The notes beneath the pieces are model-generated. The model was not told where the DNA came from. It did no database searches and saw only the letters and a list, made by a program, of their open reading frames with translations. Of a DNA stretch of 64,000 nucleotides, positions 19,658 through 29,905 are shown one piece after another. Position numbers and translations under genes: made by a program. Numbering within the stretch: the stretch's first letter is position 1; each line of letters opens with the position of its first letter. Source of the DNA: an uncultured Lactobacillus sp. Lineage in GTDB: Bacteria; Bacillota; Bacilli; Lactobacillales; Lactobacillaceae. The DNA lies in the NCBI GenBank assembly GCA_947568765.1, contig CANOQA010000003.1, positions 28,468 through 92,467 of the forward strand, in the 5' to 3' direction.

Positions 19658-20423
19658 ACTTTATCAACCTTTTTTTGATGCAAATAATTGGGTACATGTC
19701 TTAACTAGCGGGCAAGACTGGATGATGATTCTAACATTGATCTTAATGGAGTGTCTGCTTTCTGTTGACAATGCTGTCGTTTTAGCTGCTCAAACACAAG
19801 TCTTGCCTACTAAAGATGAACAACGTAAGTCGCTAGTATATGGACTTTGGGGTGCCTACCTGTTTCGTTTTATTGTTATCGGAATTGGTACTTATTTAAT
19901 TAACTTTTGGGAAATCAAATTACTTGGTGGCTTATACTTACTCTATTTAGTTTATAAATATTTCTATGATGTTCGGCACCCTCAAGAAGTCGCTCAAAAA
20001 GAAAAAGCCAAAAATACTCATAAAAAAAGGCACTCTAAAATAAAGAAACATCATCTTTCTTTATTTTGGAGAACAGTTATTTCAATTGAATCAATGGATA
20101 TCGTTTTTTCAATTGATTCAGTTTTAGCAGCACTAGCAATGTCAAATAACCCAGTTGTAGTATTAGTTGGCGGAATGATTGGTATTTTATGTATGCGTGG
20201 TGTTGCAGAAGTTATCATTAAACTAATGGAAATCATTCCTGAACTTCAAACAATGGCCTACGTGCTAATTTCAATCATTGCAGCTAAACTGCTTATTTCA
20301 CTTCCACCACTAAACTTTAAAGTACCCGACGCAGTTTTTGCTGGAATTGTTTTTGGCACAGTTATCATAACAATCATTTTTCACTATATACGTCAAAACG
20401 TACATGGCAAAAAAATGCCTTAA
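19644..20423 (+). CDS. TerC family membrane protein
   Basis: ECLLSVDNAVV and DIVFSIDSVLAA motifs. Confidence 0.92.
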   Translation: MQLIKLYQPFFDANNWVHVLTSGQDWMMILTLILMECLLSVDNAVVLAAQTQVLPTKDEQRKSLVYGLWGAYLFRFIVIGIGTYLINFWEIKLLGGLYLLYLVYKYFYDVRHPQEVAQKEKAKNTHKKRHSKIKKHHLSLFWRTVISIESMDIVFSIDSVLAALAMSNNPVVVLVGGMIGILCMRGVAEVIIKLMEIIPELQTMAYVLISIIAAKLLISLPPLNFKVPDAVFAGIVFGTVIITIIFHYIRQNVHGKKMP

Positions 20424-20782
20424 TTTAATTGACTATCAACAAACTCTTTAAGTACAACTGCTTGGTTGTGCTTTTTATTTTTCGCACCGTATAAAAATAA
20501 AACATTTCCTTTGGCTAATTTTTCTTTTACATCTTTAACAAAAGCTGCTGTGACTGGATTAGCCTTCAATTGAGCTATATACTTAGACTTGAATTCAGGA
20601 TATTTATCATCTTCATGATTAAACCATTTTCTTAGCTCATTTGTTGGACCAATTTGTTTGTCCCATTCATCTAAATGCGCTCTCACCTTACTCATCCCTC
20701 GAGGCCATAAACGATCTACTAAAATTCGATACCCTTCAGGTTGTTCATGATCATATATCCTAATGACTTTTATTTCACTCAT
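20420..20782 (-). CDS. DUF488 (YeaO-like) protein
   Basis: RILVDRLWPRG, ELRKWFNH and HNQAVVL motifs. Confidence 0.92.
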   Translation of the reverse strand: MSEIKVIRIYDHEQPEGYRILVDRLWPRGMSKVRAHLDEWDKQIGPTNELRKWFNHEDDKYPEFKSKYIAQLKANPVTAAFVKDVKEKLAKGNVLFLYGAKNKKHNQAVVLKEFVDSQLN

Positions 20783-20859
20783 TTTTACATACTCCTTTTA
20801 AATAAAATATATTTACTTTCAATTATGAGTGTACAACTTTTTTAGAAAGAAGAACTAAC

Positions 20860-21486
20860 ATGAACTACAAAGACTTTTTTACTAATAGATCTACTAGCGA
20901 AATTAGTAAGGATCTATTAGGACGCACTTTATCCTTTAATAATGGAAAAGAAATTTTATCGGGTACAATTGTTGAAGCAGAAGCTTATGTTGGCGTAAAA
21001 GACCGCGCTGCACATTCTTATGGCGGGAGACGAAGCCAAGCAAACGAAGGCTTATATCGACCAGGAGGCAGCCTATACATTTATTCGCAAAGACAATATT
21101 TTTTCTTTGATGTTGCTTGCCAAGAAGAAGGAGAGCCACAAGGAGTTTTAATCAGAGCAATTGACCCAATAACTGGAATTGAGACAATGACTAAAAATAG
21201 AAATGGAAAGACTGGCCGTCTTCTGACTAATGGGCCTGGTAAAATGATGCAAGCCTTGGGTATCACAAGTAGAAAATGGGACTTATTTCGTTTAGAGGAT
21301 TCTCCTTTTGATATTGACATTAATCATAAACGCAAAATCGAAAAAATTATTGCTTTGCCAAGAGTCGGAATTAATCAATCAGATCCAGAATGGGCTCAGA
21401 AGAAATTAAGATTTATAGTTGCGGGAAATCCTTATGTTTCTGACATTAAGAAAAAAGACATCAAAAAAAATCATGGCTTTATTTGA
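20860..21486 (+). CDS. DNA-3-methyladenine glycosylase (MPG/AAG family)
   Basis: IVEAEAY, DRAAHS, GVLIRA, TNGPGK and PRVGI motifs. Confidence 0.93.
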   Translation: MNYKDFFTNRSTSEISKDLLGRTLSFNNGKEILSGTIVEAEAYVGVKDRAAHSYGGRRSQANEGLYRPGGSLYIYSQRQYFFFDVACQEEGEPQGVLIRAIDPITGIETMTKNRNGKTGRLLTNGPGKMMQALGITSRKWDLFRLEDSPFDIDINHKRKIEKIIALPRVGINQSDPEWAQKKLRFIVAGNPYVSDIKKKDIKKNHGFI

Positions 21487-21537
21487 CAAAAGATTAAAAA
21501 TCGTTTAGTCTTTTTATCAGTTAAATAAATTCCCAAT

Positions 21538-21703
21538 GCAATAGAGGTTGCAAGAGTCACAAGATTTATTTGAGCACACGAATGCAATGATAATAAGTTT
21601 TAGGATTATTGCCGAAACAAATTTTCTTTCGTGAGGTTAATTTGTTGGGATGTAAGAGCATATCTTACATACTGTCCTGGTCGTCCCCAGGGAGCGCTAT
21701 ATG
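21538..21703 (+). promoter_or_regulatory. Lysine riboswitch (L-box)
   Basis: ATAGAGGTTGC...TGCCGAAA...GTTGGG...ACTGTC...GGAGCGCTAT; TTGACA/TAGTCT promoter upstream; terminator AAACCTCGTTG...CAACGAGGTTTTTT at about 21732-21767. Confidence 0.9.
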
Positions 21704-21818
21704 ATTTGGTTTAATTACTGATGATTTTTACAAACCTCGTTGTTTTTGGTAAACAACGAGGTTTTTTCGCTTTTATTGTATTGGCTTTATTTGAAATAAT
21801 TTTTGGAGGTATTTCAAA

Positions 21819-23432
21819 GTGAAGTCAAAAATAAGATGGTTTAGTGCTTTATTAGCCTTAATTTTAAGTTTAGTGATTGGTTTTAGTTTTAATTCTAATC
21901 AAACTCAAGCGGCTAAAAAAGAAGCGCCTTTAAAAATTGGTATGGAGGCTAACTATCCCCCATACAATTGGACTCAAACAACAGACAAAAATGGCGCTGT
22001 TCCAATCGACGGCTCTAAGCAATACGCAAATGGATACGATGTTCAAATTGCAAAAATCATCGGCAAAAAATTACATCGTAAAGTTGTAGTAGAAAAAACT
22101 GAATGGGATGGTTTATTACCAGCTTTAACTTCTGGAAAGATTGACTTAATCATTGCTGGTATGTCTCCTACTGCTGAACGTAGAAAAGCAATCAACTTCT
22201 CTAAACCATATAGAAAAAGTACTTTCGTAGTTATCACAAGCAGAAACGGAAAATTTGCTCAAGCAAAAGGTTTAAATGATTTTAAAGGCGCAAAATTAAC
22301 TGCACAACAAGGTACATTACACTATGACCTGATTAAGCAACTTCATGGTGCTAAACGCGAACCAGCAATGAGAAGCTTTTCTGCAATGCGTCAAAGCTTA
22401 CAATCAGGTACTATTGATGGTTATGTTGCAGAAGATATTGAATACAAAAGTTACAAGACAGTTAACCCTAACATCGTTGCCGTTAACTTAAACAAAATGC
22501 AAGGTTTCAAAGTTGATCACGATGATTCAATTACATCAATTGGTGTTAAGAAAGGCAATACTGAGTTACTTAACCAAGTTAATAGCATTTTAAATGGTAT
22601 TTCTAATAAAAAGCGCGACCAATTAATGGCTGATGCTGTAAAAGAACAACCTCAAGCTGGGGGCAACAAGAAAGAAAATTGGTTTATGTCAATTATGCAT
22701 CGCTATGGTTCAATGATCCTTGGCGGTGTTGGTATGACACTTCTTCTTGCCTTAGTTGGTACTATCGTTGGTTTCTTCATTGGTTTACTTGTAGGTATTG
22801 TTAGAACTATTCCAACTCCTAAGTCTGCTGGTAAAAAGTGGGGCCTAAAGATAGTTGATTGGATTTTAGCTGTTTATATTGAAGTATTCCGTGGAACTCC
22901 TATGATGGTTCAAGCTGCTGTTATCTACTACGGAATTGCCCAATTATGGCACCTCAACTTAAACCGTACTGTAGCTGCTTTAGTAATTGTTTCAATTAAT
23001 ACTGGAGCTTACCTAGCCGAAGTTATTCGTGGTGGTATTAATGCCACTCCTAAAGGTCAATTCGAAGCAGCTTCTGCAATCGGTATGACACACTCACAAC
23101 AAATGTGGCATATTATTTTACCTCAAGCCATTAGAAATTGTTTACCATCTATTACTAACGAATTTATTGTTAACATTAAGGATACTTCAGTATTAAGTAT
23201 TATTTCTGTTTCAGAATTGTTCTTTGTTGGTACAACTGTTGCCAGTCAAACATTCCAATTCTTCCAAACTTACTTCATCATTTCAATGATCTACTTAATC
23301 TTGACATTCTCAATTACTAGAATCTTTAATTTCATTGAAAAGAAGCTTGAAGGTCCAAAGAACTACAACTTAATGGCTAATCAATTACAAGTAGAAGATC
23401 CAAAGGAGACTGGATTTGAACATGAACAATAA
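21819..23432 (+). CDS. Polar amino acid ABC transporter, fused substrate-binding protein/permease (likely lysine)
   Basis: SBP_bac_3 motifs ([21 protein letters not shown]) plus permease motifs ([13 protein letters not shown]); lies behind the L-box. Confidence 0.92.
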   Translation: MKSKIRWFSALLALILSLVIGFSFNSNQTQAAKKEAPLKIGMEANYPPYNWTQTTDKNGAVPIDGSKQYANGYDVQIAKIIGKKLHRKVVVEKTEWDGLLPALTSGKIDLIIAGMSPTAERRKAINFSKPYRKSTFVVITSRNGKFAQAKGLNDFKGAKLTAQQGTLHYDLIKQLHGAKREPAMRSFSAMRQSLQSGTIDGYVAEDIEYKSYKTVNPNIVAVNLNKMQGFKVDHDDSITSIGVKKGNTELLNQVNSILNGISNKKRDQLMADAVKEQPQAGGNKKENWFMSIMHRYGSMILGGVGMTLLLALVGTIVGFFIGLLVGIVRTIPTPKSAGKKWGLKIVDWILAVYIEVFRGTPMMVQAAVIYYGIAQLWHLNLNRTVAALVIVSINTGAYLAEVIRGGINATPKGQFEAASAIGMTHSQQMWHIILPQAIRNCLPSITNEFIVNIKDTSVLSIISVSELFFVGTTVASQTFQFFQTYFIISMIYLILTFSITRIFNFIEKKLEGPKNYNLMANQLQVEDPKETGFEHEQ

Positions 23433-24180
23433 TAACGAAGAAAATATTTTACAAGTGCAACATTTACAAAAAAAATATGGTGATCACACAGTATTAAAAG
23501 ATATTTCTTTTAATATCAACAAGGGAGAAGTAATGACCATTATTGGACCATCTGGTGGTGGTAAGTCAACCATGCTTAGATGTATCAACCTTCTTGAAGA
23601 ACCAAGCAGTGGAGAAATTTTATTCCATGGCAAAAACATTCTTGACCCTCATTTTGATCGTAACCAATTTCGTTCAAAGGTTGGAATGGTTTTCCAGCAA
23701 TTCAATTTATTCAATAATAAAAACGTGCTTCAAAACTGCATGATCGGCCAAGAAATGGTTCTTGGTCGCTCTAAAGAAGAAGCAAAAAAAGTTGCCATTG
23801 AAAACTTAAAGAAAGTCGGCATGGATCCTTTCCTTACTGCTAAGCCACAACAGTTATCTGGTGGACAACAACAACGTGTAGCAATTGCTCGAGCAATTTC
23901 AATGGATCCAGAAGTCTTACTCTTTGATGAACCTACTAGTGCTCTAGATCCAGAAATGGTTGGTGAAGTTCTTAATACTATGCAATTACTAGCCAAGACT
24001 GGTTTAACAATGGTCATTGTTACTCACGAAATGGGATTTGCACGCGACGTTTCTGATCAAGTTGTCTTCATGAGCGATGGAGTTATTACTGAACAAGGAA
24101 CTCCACAACAGATCTTTAACGATCCACAAAAAGAAAAGACTAAGAAATTTTTACGTAACTTTAGAAGTAATGAGCTTTAA
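23422..24180 (+). CDS. Amino acid ABC transporter ATP-binding protein
   Basis: [17 protein letters not shown] and [10 protein letters not shown] motifs. Confidence 0.95.
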   Translation: MNNNNEENILQVQHLQKKYGDHTVLKDISFNINKGEVMTIIGPSGGGKSTMLRCINLLEEPSSGEILFHGKNILDPHFDRNQFRSKVGMVFQQFNLFNNKNVLQNCMIGQEMVLGRSKEEAKKVAIENLKKVGMDPFLTAKPQQLSGGQQQRVAIARAISMDPEVLLFDEPTSALDPEMVGEVLNTMQLLAKTGLTMVIVTHEMGFARDVSDQVVFMSDGVITEQGTPQQIFNDPQKEKTKKFLRNFRSNEL

Positions 24181-24281
24181 GCAAAATAATATGTGCTTTT
24201 AGCCTATAAACTATTAAAAAACTGATTCTCAATGTTTATAATAAAGAGGATCAGTTTTTTGTTATTTATTTTTTATTCTTT

Positions 24282-24553
24282 GAAGACGTATCAAATACTT
24301 TAGTTTACTATCCTCATCCTTATATATCTTGTGACAAAGGAACCGTTGAAAGACATAATGGACTATTTATTCCTAAGGGAGAAGCAATAGACAATTATTC
24401 ACTACAAGACATCATAGACATTGAAATCTGGTGCAACTCTTTACCAAGAAAGATATTGGCATATCATACACCAGATGAAATCTTTGAAAGAGAATTAGAT
24501 CTAATCTATCAAGCAGCTTGATTAAAAATGTTCAATTATTATTGTAATTTACG
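24282..24553 (+). mobile_element. IS30-family transposase 3' remnant with right end
   Basis: Translates as VYYPHPYISCDKGTVERHNGL-FIPKG...WCNSLPRKILAYHTPDEIF...QAA*, followed by IR-like TGTTCAATTATTATTGTAATTTAC; 5' part absent. Confidence 0.88.
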
Positions 24554-24700
24554 ATTTTCTATTCTTTAATCTTTTAGCAAAGTGTAAATTATTGAAATTA
24601 GGCGTTTTAAGAGCCATACTATTCCTGAAAAGAGCAAAGTGCATCAATACATTAATTAATATTGATGTGTTATTAAAAGCAAAAGGAAGGAAAATACATC

Positions 24701-24967
24701 ATGTTTGATTTCGTATTTTGGGTTCTGCTAATTTGGTTTATCGTAAATGTTATTTGGATGTGGTTTGTCTTAAAGAAACAAACATATCAAAAAACTTTTG
24801 CATGGATTAATGTAGCGGCCGTCATTATTGGTTTTTGGGTTTATTACGGGACCGGTGCTCACTCAGGTGCATTAGCTGACTGCTTCTTATGGTTAAATTG
24901 GCTTAATGTCGTATTAGCTTGCCTTCAATTTTACTTTGGCTACCGCAAACTTAATAGTACTAATTAA
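24701..24967 (+). CDS. Small 3-TM hypothetical membrane protein
   Basis: 88 aa, Trp/Phe-rich; AGGAAGG RBS. Confidence 0.7.
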   Translation: MFDFVFWVLLIWFIVNVIWMWFVLKKQTYQKTFAWINVAAVIIGFWVYYGTGAHSGALADCFLWLNWLNVVLACLQFYFGYRKLNSTN

Positions 24968-25069
24968 CCACCCTCAAAAGTTTCAATATATCTAAAAAAA
25001 GCTACTATCTTACTTTATAAGTAAATAGTAGCCTTTTGTGTTGCTTATATTTCAATACAATAATCTAGC

Positions 25070-25999
25070 CTAGATAATTTCGCTATTTTTCTGCTCTTTC
25101 TCTAACTTCCAACCTACATCAAAGTACGTTTTACGCTCATTACGTAAAGCATTATAATCACTCTGCAAACTATCAATTGCATCCTGCAATTTCTTATTTT
25201 GTTTACGAATTGCATTTAATTCGGGATCATTAATAACACCTTTTAAATGAACTTTTCCTGCTAAATCTCGTTTAGCTTGTTGAAATTCTTCTTTTAAATT
25301 AGCTAACGCATCTTCATACTTAACTAGTTTTTTATTTACTGTCGATAGTTGATCATTTAACTTAGTGAATAATACATATGGCATATTAGATTTAATTCGA
25401 TTGCATTCACTACACGACAGAATTAAATTATCAAACGAGTTATTATGTGATAAAGAAACTGGATTTTTATGGTCGACACTCGTGCCGCGGCGCCCGCAAT
25501 ATTGACAACGATAATTATATTTATGCCTAATTCTTTCCCGATCAACAAAATCAACTTCATTTAAAGAAAAATCAACTTCAATTCCCATGCTTTTCATGTT
25601 AATCGCAAAATCAACATTACTGTTAGGAACATAATCTATTTTCCCATCTTCACTTTTAATAATAGCGTGGTTAAATTCAGTTCTTGAAATTTGCTGCAAG
25701 GCAACTTCATTACCGTCATAATCCTGAATAAATGATTCGTACTGTTTTCTATTTTCATTTTTAACTAAATAATGATTTCCAGTATCTAAATCAATTTCAG
25801 GTGTACTTTTCTTACCTACAAATCCATACAGCATTACCTGGGAAATATTTTCAATGACTAAATTTTCATAGTCTTCAGCTTCTAAACTTCTATCTAAACA
25901 AATATCACAAATACTTGTTAGCTTTGGATTCATCAACCCTTCTTGCTTAAAATGAAGACTATCCAGCCGCAAACCACAGGATGCACACTGTAATTTCAC
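25070..25999 (-). CDS. HNH endonuclease with N-terminal Zn finger and C-terminal coiled coil
   Basis: N-terminal CASC...CDIC; CQYCG...VDHKNP...NLILSCSECNRIK; heptad-rich C-terminus. Confidence 0.88.
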   Translation of the reverse strand: MKLQCASCGLRLDSLHFKQEGLMNPKLTSICDICLDRSLEAEDYENLVIENISQVMLYGFVGKKSTPEIDLDTGNHYLVKNENRKQYESFIQDYDGNEVALQQISRTEFNHAIIKSEDGKIDYVPNSNVDFAINMKSMGIEVDFSLNEVDFVDRERIRHKYNYRCQYCGRRGTSVDHKNPVSLSHNNSFDNLILSCSECNRIKSNMPYVLFTKLNDQLSTVNKKLVKYEDALANLKEEFQQAKRDLAGKVHLKGVINDPELNAIRKQNKKLQDAIDSLQSDYNALRNERKTYFDVGWKLEKEQKNSEII

Positions 26000-26003
26000 C
26001 TTA

Positions 26004-26645
26004 TTATTCCCCCATCAATAAAATACTAAAGGCGATTCTTTGCATCTTATCCTTACCAGCAAAATCACCTTTAAACAAGTCTGGCAAAATCTTTTTAATA
26101 AAGTACTGAACACAAGTTAAATCATCAAATTTTTTAATTGTTTCCAGACTTTCTTTAAACATTTGCATGAAAACCGGATTTGGATTTCCAAGTTCAATTT
26201 CTCCATAAGCTTCATAAAGTAAATCTAATTTGTCACAAATTGATAAGATTTTGCCTTCTAAAGTATCATCTTTACCTTCAGATAGACGTTTAGTATAGAT
26301 TTTCTGAAATTCCTTTGGAATCTCTTCTTTAATAAATTTAGCAGTCATTGTCTCTTCAACATCCCCAATCATCTTACGTAATTGTGGAGTTGCATATTTA
26401 ACTGGAGTTTTAATATCACCAATGAAACGTTCAGTATAATCATGGTTTAGACTCTTTTCATAAAGTGCTTTCCAGTTAACTTTCTGCTTACCAATAACTT
26501 CCTCAATATCTCCCATCATTTGAGCAAGTTCAGCCGTTCTAAAGCTATGGTCAGCTACAGAGTGGTGTTGATATTTAAAATAACCTGGTGCACGATCGAT
26601 TGACTCTAAACTGTTAAAACCTTGAATATATGCATTTAATCCCAT
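26004..26645 (-). CDS. HD-domain YfbR-like 5'-deoxynucleotidase
   Basis: HSVADHSF, NHDYTERFIGDIKTPVK and CDKLD motifs. Confidence 0.9.
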   Translation of the reverse strand: MGLNAYIQGFNSLESIDRAPGYFKYQHHSVADHSFRTAELAQMMGDIEEVIGKQKVNWKALYEKSLNHDYTERFIGDIKTPVKYATPQLRKMIGDVEETMTAKFIKEEIPKEFQKIYTKRLSEGKDDTLEGKILSICDKLDLLYEAYGEIELGNPNPVFMQMFKESLETIKKFDDLTCVQYFIKKILPDLFKGDFAGKDKMQRIAFSILLMGE

Positions 26646-26771
26646 AAAAACTTACTCCTTCCAGAAATATAAAAATGTCTAAAATTTCTACTATCATAGC
26701 AAAACCATTCTACTCTTGCAAATTAAAAATAGAGAAAGATTTAACAACTTAATCTTTCTCTATTTTTCTAA

Positions 26772-27137
26772 TCACGTCAACTCATTTGTATTTAAAGCTG
26801 CTAAAACAGTTAATGGCGTAATTGAAATGACTGTTTTACTATGCTTAAGCCAAAAATGAGTTGCACTATAGAGAGTAACTAACGAAGCTAAAAGCGAAAA
26901 CCAAATTGATGCTAAGGTTGAAACGGCTAAAAACCCTTTAACATTATGCTTTCTTCCTAAATGTCGAACTGTATGCTTGGTTTGATGATAAATAGTCCAA
27001 AAACTACGAAACATAGTGAAAAATGCTACTAAAAAAATATTGCGGGAAAAGTTACTTGCCACTCCTAAAAGAAGAGACGGCAAAACAAGGGCAAAAATTG
27101 CTTTTAATTCTAGCCCTTTTCTCGAAATGTTATTCAT
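26772..27137 (-). CDS. Hypothetical membrane protein
   Basis: 121-aa hydrophobic ORF followed by a terminator (about 26725-26767); weak RBS. Confidence 0.45.
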   Translation of the reverse strand: MNNISRKGLELKAIFALVLPSLLLGVASNFSRNIFLVAFFTMFRSFWTIYHQTKHTVRHLGRKHNVKGFLAVSTLASIWFSLLASLVTLYSATHFWLKHSKTVISITPLTVLAALNTNELT

Positions 27138-27311
27138 CTTAAAATCTCTATCTACAGTTAATTTGTCATATCATATAAGTTTTTTATATAGTAATATAAA
27201 ACTTAATTACAACAAAATGTTATTAAATAGATTGAGATTTATATAACTGTTCCATGCAAAAAAAGAGAGACGCTAACCAGCGTCTCTCTTTATAGTATGT
27301 AGTAAATCTAA

Positions 27312-27452
27312 TTACTTGTTTTCATCTTTAGCAGCTTTATTTAAGAAAGCAACTACTTCAGCAGCCCTCTTAACACGAGCCTTAGAATTTTTCTTGTTCT
27401 TAGGTCTTAAGTTTGGTGTAACACCAGTGTTGTAGTTTTCACCTTTACGCAT
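27312..27452 (-). CDS. 46-aa basic small protein (not in ORF track)
   Basis: MRKGENYNTGVTPNLRPKNKKNSKARVKRAAEVVAFLNKAAKDENK*; GAGAGGAAG RBS; TTGAAG and TG-TATGAT promoter; terminator at about 27258-27291; codon usage typical of highly expressed genes. Confidence 0.85.
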   Translation of the reverse strand: MRKGENYNTGVTPNLRPKNKKNSKARVKRAAEVVAFLNKAAKDENK

Positions 27453-27530
27453 AGATCTATACTTCCTCTCAAATAAAATTTTCGAAAATCTTTTATTATC
27501 ATACCACGAAGAAGCACGTCACTTCAATAC

Positions 27531-27941
27531 CTAGCAAATCTTTCCACCTAATTTTTTCATCTCATCTGCAGAAAGTTTTTCTCCTTTAAACTCTGTAATT
27601 GTTACTCCTCCATCAATAATTCCTTCATTTGAAGATAACGATAAAACAGCATTACGCGCGTTAAGAACTAATCCATCATCTAAAAATGCTAATTCTTTAT
27701 CAGATGTATACAAATCTAAATCCATATTATTTTTTACTTTAATTGAGAATTCTGGATCTTTGTGATCTAACACAACTAGCTGAAAATTTGCTCCAATTGT
27801 ACAAGTACCACCTAACTTAGAATAACCATTAGATCCATCATTTAAAGCAAGCAATACAACTTGATCTGGTTTTACTTTCTTTTCTAAAGCTTCTTTTGCA
27901 CTGTCTTTAATTTTTAATTCAACATTCTTTGCATCAACCAT
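27531..27941 (-). CDS. Iron-sulfur cluster biosynthesis family (HesB-like) protein
   Basis: LALNDGSNGYSKLGGTCTIGANFQLV motif. Confidence 0.75.
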   Translation of the reverse strand: MVDAKNVELKIKDSAKEALEKKVKPDQVVLLALNDGSNGYSKLGGTCTIGANFQLVVLDHKDPEFSIKVKNNMDLDLYTSDKELAFLDDGLVLNARNAVLSLSSNEGIIDGGVTITEFKGEKLSADEMKKLGGKIC

Positions 27942-28117
27942 ATAAATTCCTCCCATATCTATTTTACTAACTTAAATATAGCAAGAATATTTCCATTTTT
28001 CCTAATAAAATGCTCAAATTATACATAATATAAGGTACTAATTCAAAAAAGACGTTGCGAACTTGCTACAAAGAGTTCAAAATAGTAGTGTTGATTTAAT
28101 TTTAAGAGGGGACCTTA

Positions 28118-29224
28118 ATGACCGTCATCAAAAATATTGCTAAAGACCGTATTTTACAAATTACGGTTGTCATAACGATCATAAGCTTATTCTTCGCAAG
28201 GCCACGTATTGAGGATATTAACTTTCATACACTTTACTCAATTTTGGCAATGCTGACGATTATCCAAATCTTTTCATATCTTCACGTCTTAGATGTATTA
28301 GCTTATAAATTAACTGCAAGTGCCAAAAGTACGAGAAGATTAACTGCAATCTTTACACTCTTATCTATCATATCAGGAATGTTTTTAACTAACGATATAA
28401 CCGTTTTAACGCTTATACCGCTGTATTTAACAATTGCTAAGAGACACCAATTACCAGAAATATTACCTGTAACCCTAATTGGAATGGGCGCTAATATCGG
28501 TGCTGCCTTTACTCCATGGGGAAATCCTCATAATATTTTTGTTGTTAACCGTTATAATGTTTCGCCAATTAAGTTTTTCAGTTGGTCAATCCCATTGCTA
28601 CTGGTTAGCTCTCTTATCGTTCTCTTATTCATCTTTTTTGTCAAAGATAAACCAATCCCCACTGTTCCTTTAGAAGATATTCGAATCAGTGTTAGACCTG
28701 TCGTTATAACAATAGCTGTTTCAATTTTCTTCTTCTTTGGTGTTTTTAATATTGTTCCTGCTTATGTTCCAGCAATTGTAGCAATAATCCTTGCTCTTAT
28801 TATTAATCCATCTATTATGTTACATGTCGATTATGCCTTACTCTTAACTTTCACATGTTTCTTTATTTTTATTAGCGATATACAACAAATTCCATTTATC
28901 GTTGCCTTAATTTCAAAGACTATGTTCTCTGAACACTCTGTCTTTTTAACTTCAATTATTTCAAGTCAATTTATTTCTAATGTACCTTCAACTATTTTAA
29001 TTGGTAAGTTTACTAATTATGCAGAAGCATTATTTCTTGGCTCAAACATCGGAGGATTTGGATCAATCGTTGGTTCGATGGCAAATATGCTTGTCTTCAA
29101 AAGTTTTGCTGAAAATGGTACTGTATCAAAGCGCAAGTTTTTCTGGGTGTTCTCGGCTTTAGAATTTGCGGGATTAATTGTTCTTACAATTTTAGGATGG
29201 ATAGTTTTAGACTTTGTACTTTAA
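28118..29224 (+). CDS. SLC13/ArsB-NhaD family anion permease
   Basis: FLTNDIT, ANIGAAFTPWGNPHN, ISNVP and GSMAN motifs. Confidence 0.88.
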   Translation: MTVIKNIAKDRILQITVVITIISLFFARPRIEDINFHTLYSILAMLTIIQIFSYLHVLDVLAYKLTASAKSTRRLTAIFTLLSIISGMFLTNDITVLTLIPLYLTIAKRHQLPEILPVTLIGMGANIGAAFTPWGNPHNIFVVNRYNVSPIKFFSWSIPLLLVSSLIVLLFIFFVKDKPIPTVPLEDIRISVRPVVITIAVSIFFFFGVFNIVPAYVPAIVAIILALIINPSIMLHVDYALLLTFTCFFIFISDIQQIPFIVALISKTMFSEHSVFLTSIISSQFISNVPSTILIGKFTNYAEALFLGSNIGGFGSIVGSMANMLVFKSFAENGTVSKRKFFWVFSALEFAGLIVLTILGWIVLDFVL

Positions 29225-29339
29225 ATATCATAAAAAAGCGCAAAATTGCGCTTTTTTTATACTCTAAATTTTCTTTATTTGGTACAATATTCCTAACCTT
29301 TTTAACCTAATATTTGTAATAGTAGAAAGGATTTATTCT

Positions 29340-29897
29340 ATGACTCTAACATGGATTATTATTATCATCTTAATTTTATTAATAGCCGTTTACATTGGTA
29401 TTTACAACGGCTTACAAAAAGCAAAAGTTCACGCTGATGAAGCATGGAGTCAAATCGACGTTCAATTAAAACGTCGTAATGATTTAATTCCTAATTTAGT
29501 TGAAACCGTTAAGGGATACGCTAAACATGAAAGTGGAACATTAGAAAAAGTTGTTTCTTTAAGAAATCAATTAGTAAACATTCCTAATTCAGATCATGAG
29601 GAAGCCATTAAACTTTCTAATCAAATCACCGATTCATTGAAAAGTATTTTTGCTTTAGCTGAAAATTACCCAGACCTAAAAGCTAATCAAAACTTTTTAG
29701 CACTTCAAGAAGAACTTACAAATACTGAAAATAAGATTGCTTACTCACGTCAGCTTTATAACTCAACAGTTGCTATGTTTAATGAGGAGCTATTAACATT
29801 CCCATCTAATTTAGTAGCTAAAATTCATGGATTTAAGAAAATGGATTACCTTCAAACACCAACTGAAGAAAAATCTGTTCCTCAAGTTAAATTTTAG
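29340..29897 (+). CDS. lemA: LemA family protein
   Basis: WSQIDVQLKRRNDLIPNLVETVKGYA and ENYPDLKAN motifs. Confidence 0.96.
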   Translation: MTLTWIIIIILILLIAVYIGIYNGLQKAKVHADEAWSQIDVQLKRRNDLIPNLVETVKGYAKHESGTLEKVVSLRNQLVNIPNSDHEEAIKLSNQITDSLKSIFALAENYPDLKANQNFLALQEELTNTENKIAYSRQLYNSTVAMFNEELLTFPSNLVAKIHGFKKMDYLQTPTEEKSVPQVKF

Positions 29898-29905
29898 GTT
29901 TTCTG

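Noticed and set aside
27016-27246. 76-aa plus-strand ORF
   Set aside because: Overlaps 26772..27137 in antisense and runs into AT-rich intergenic DNA; no RBS.
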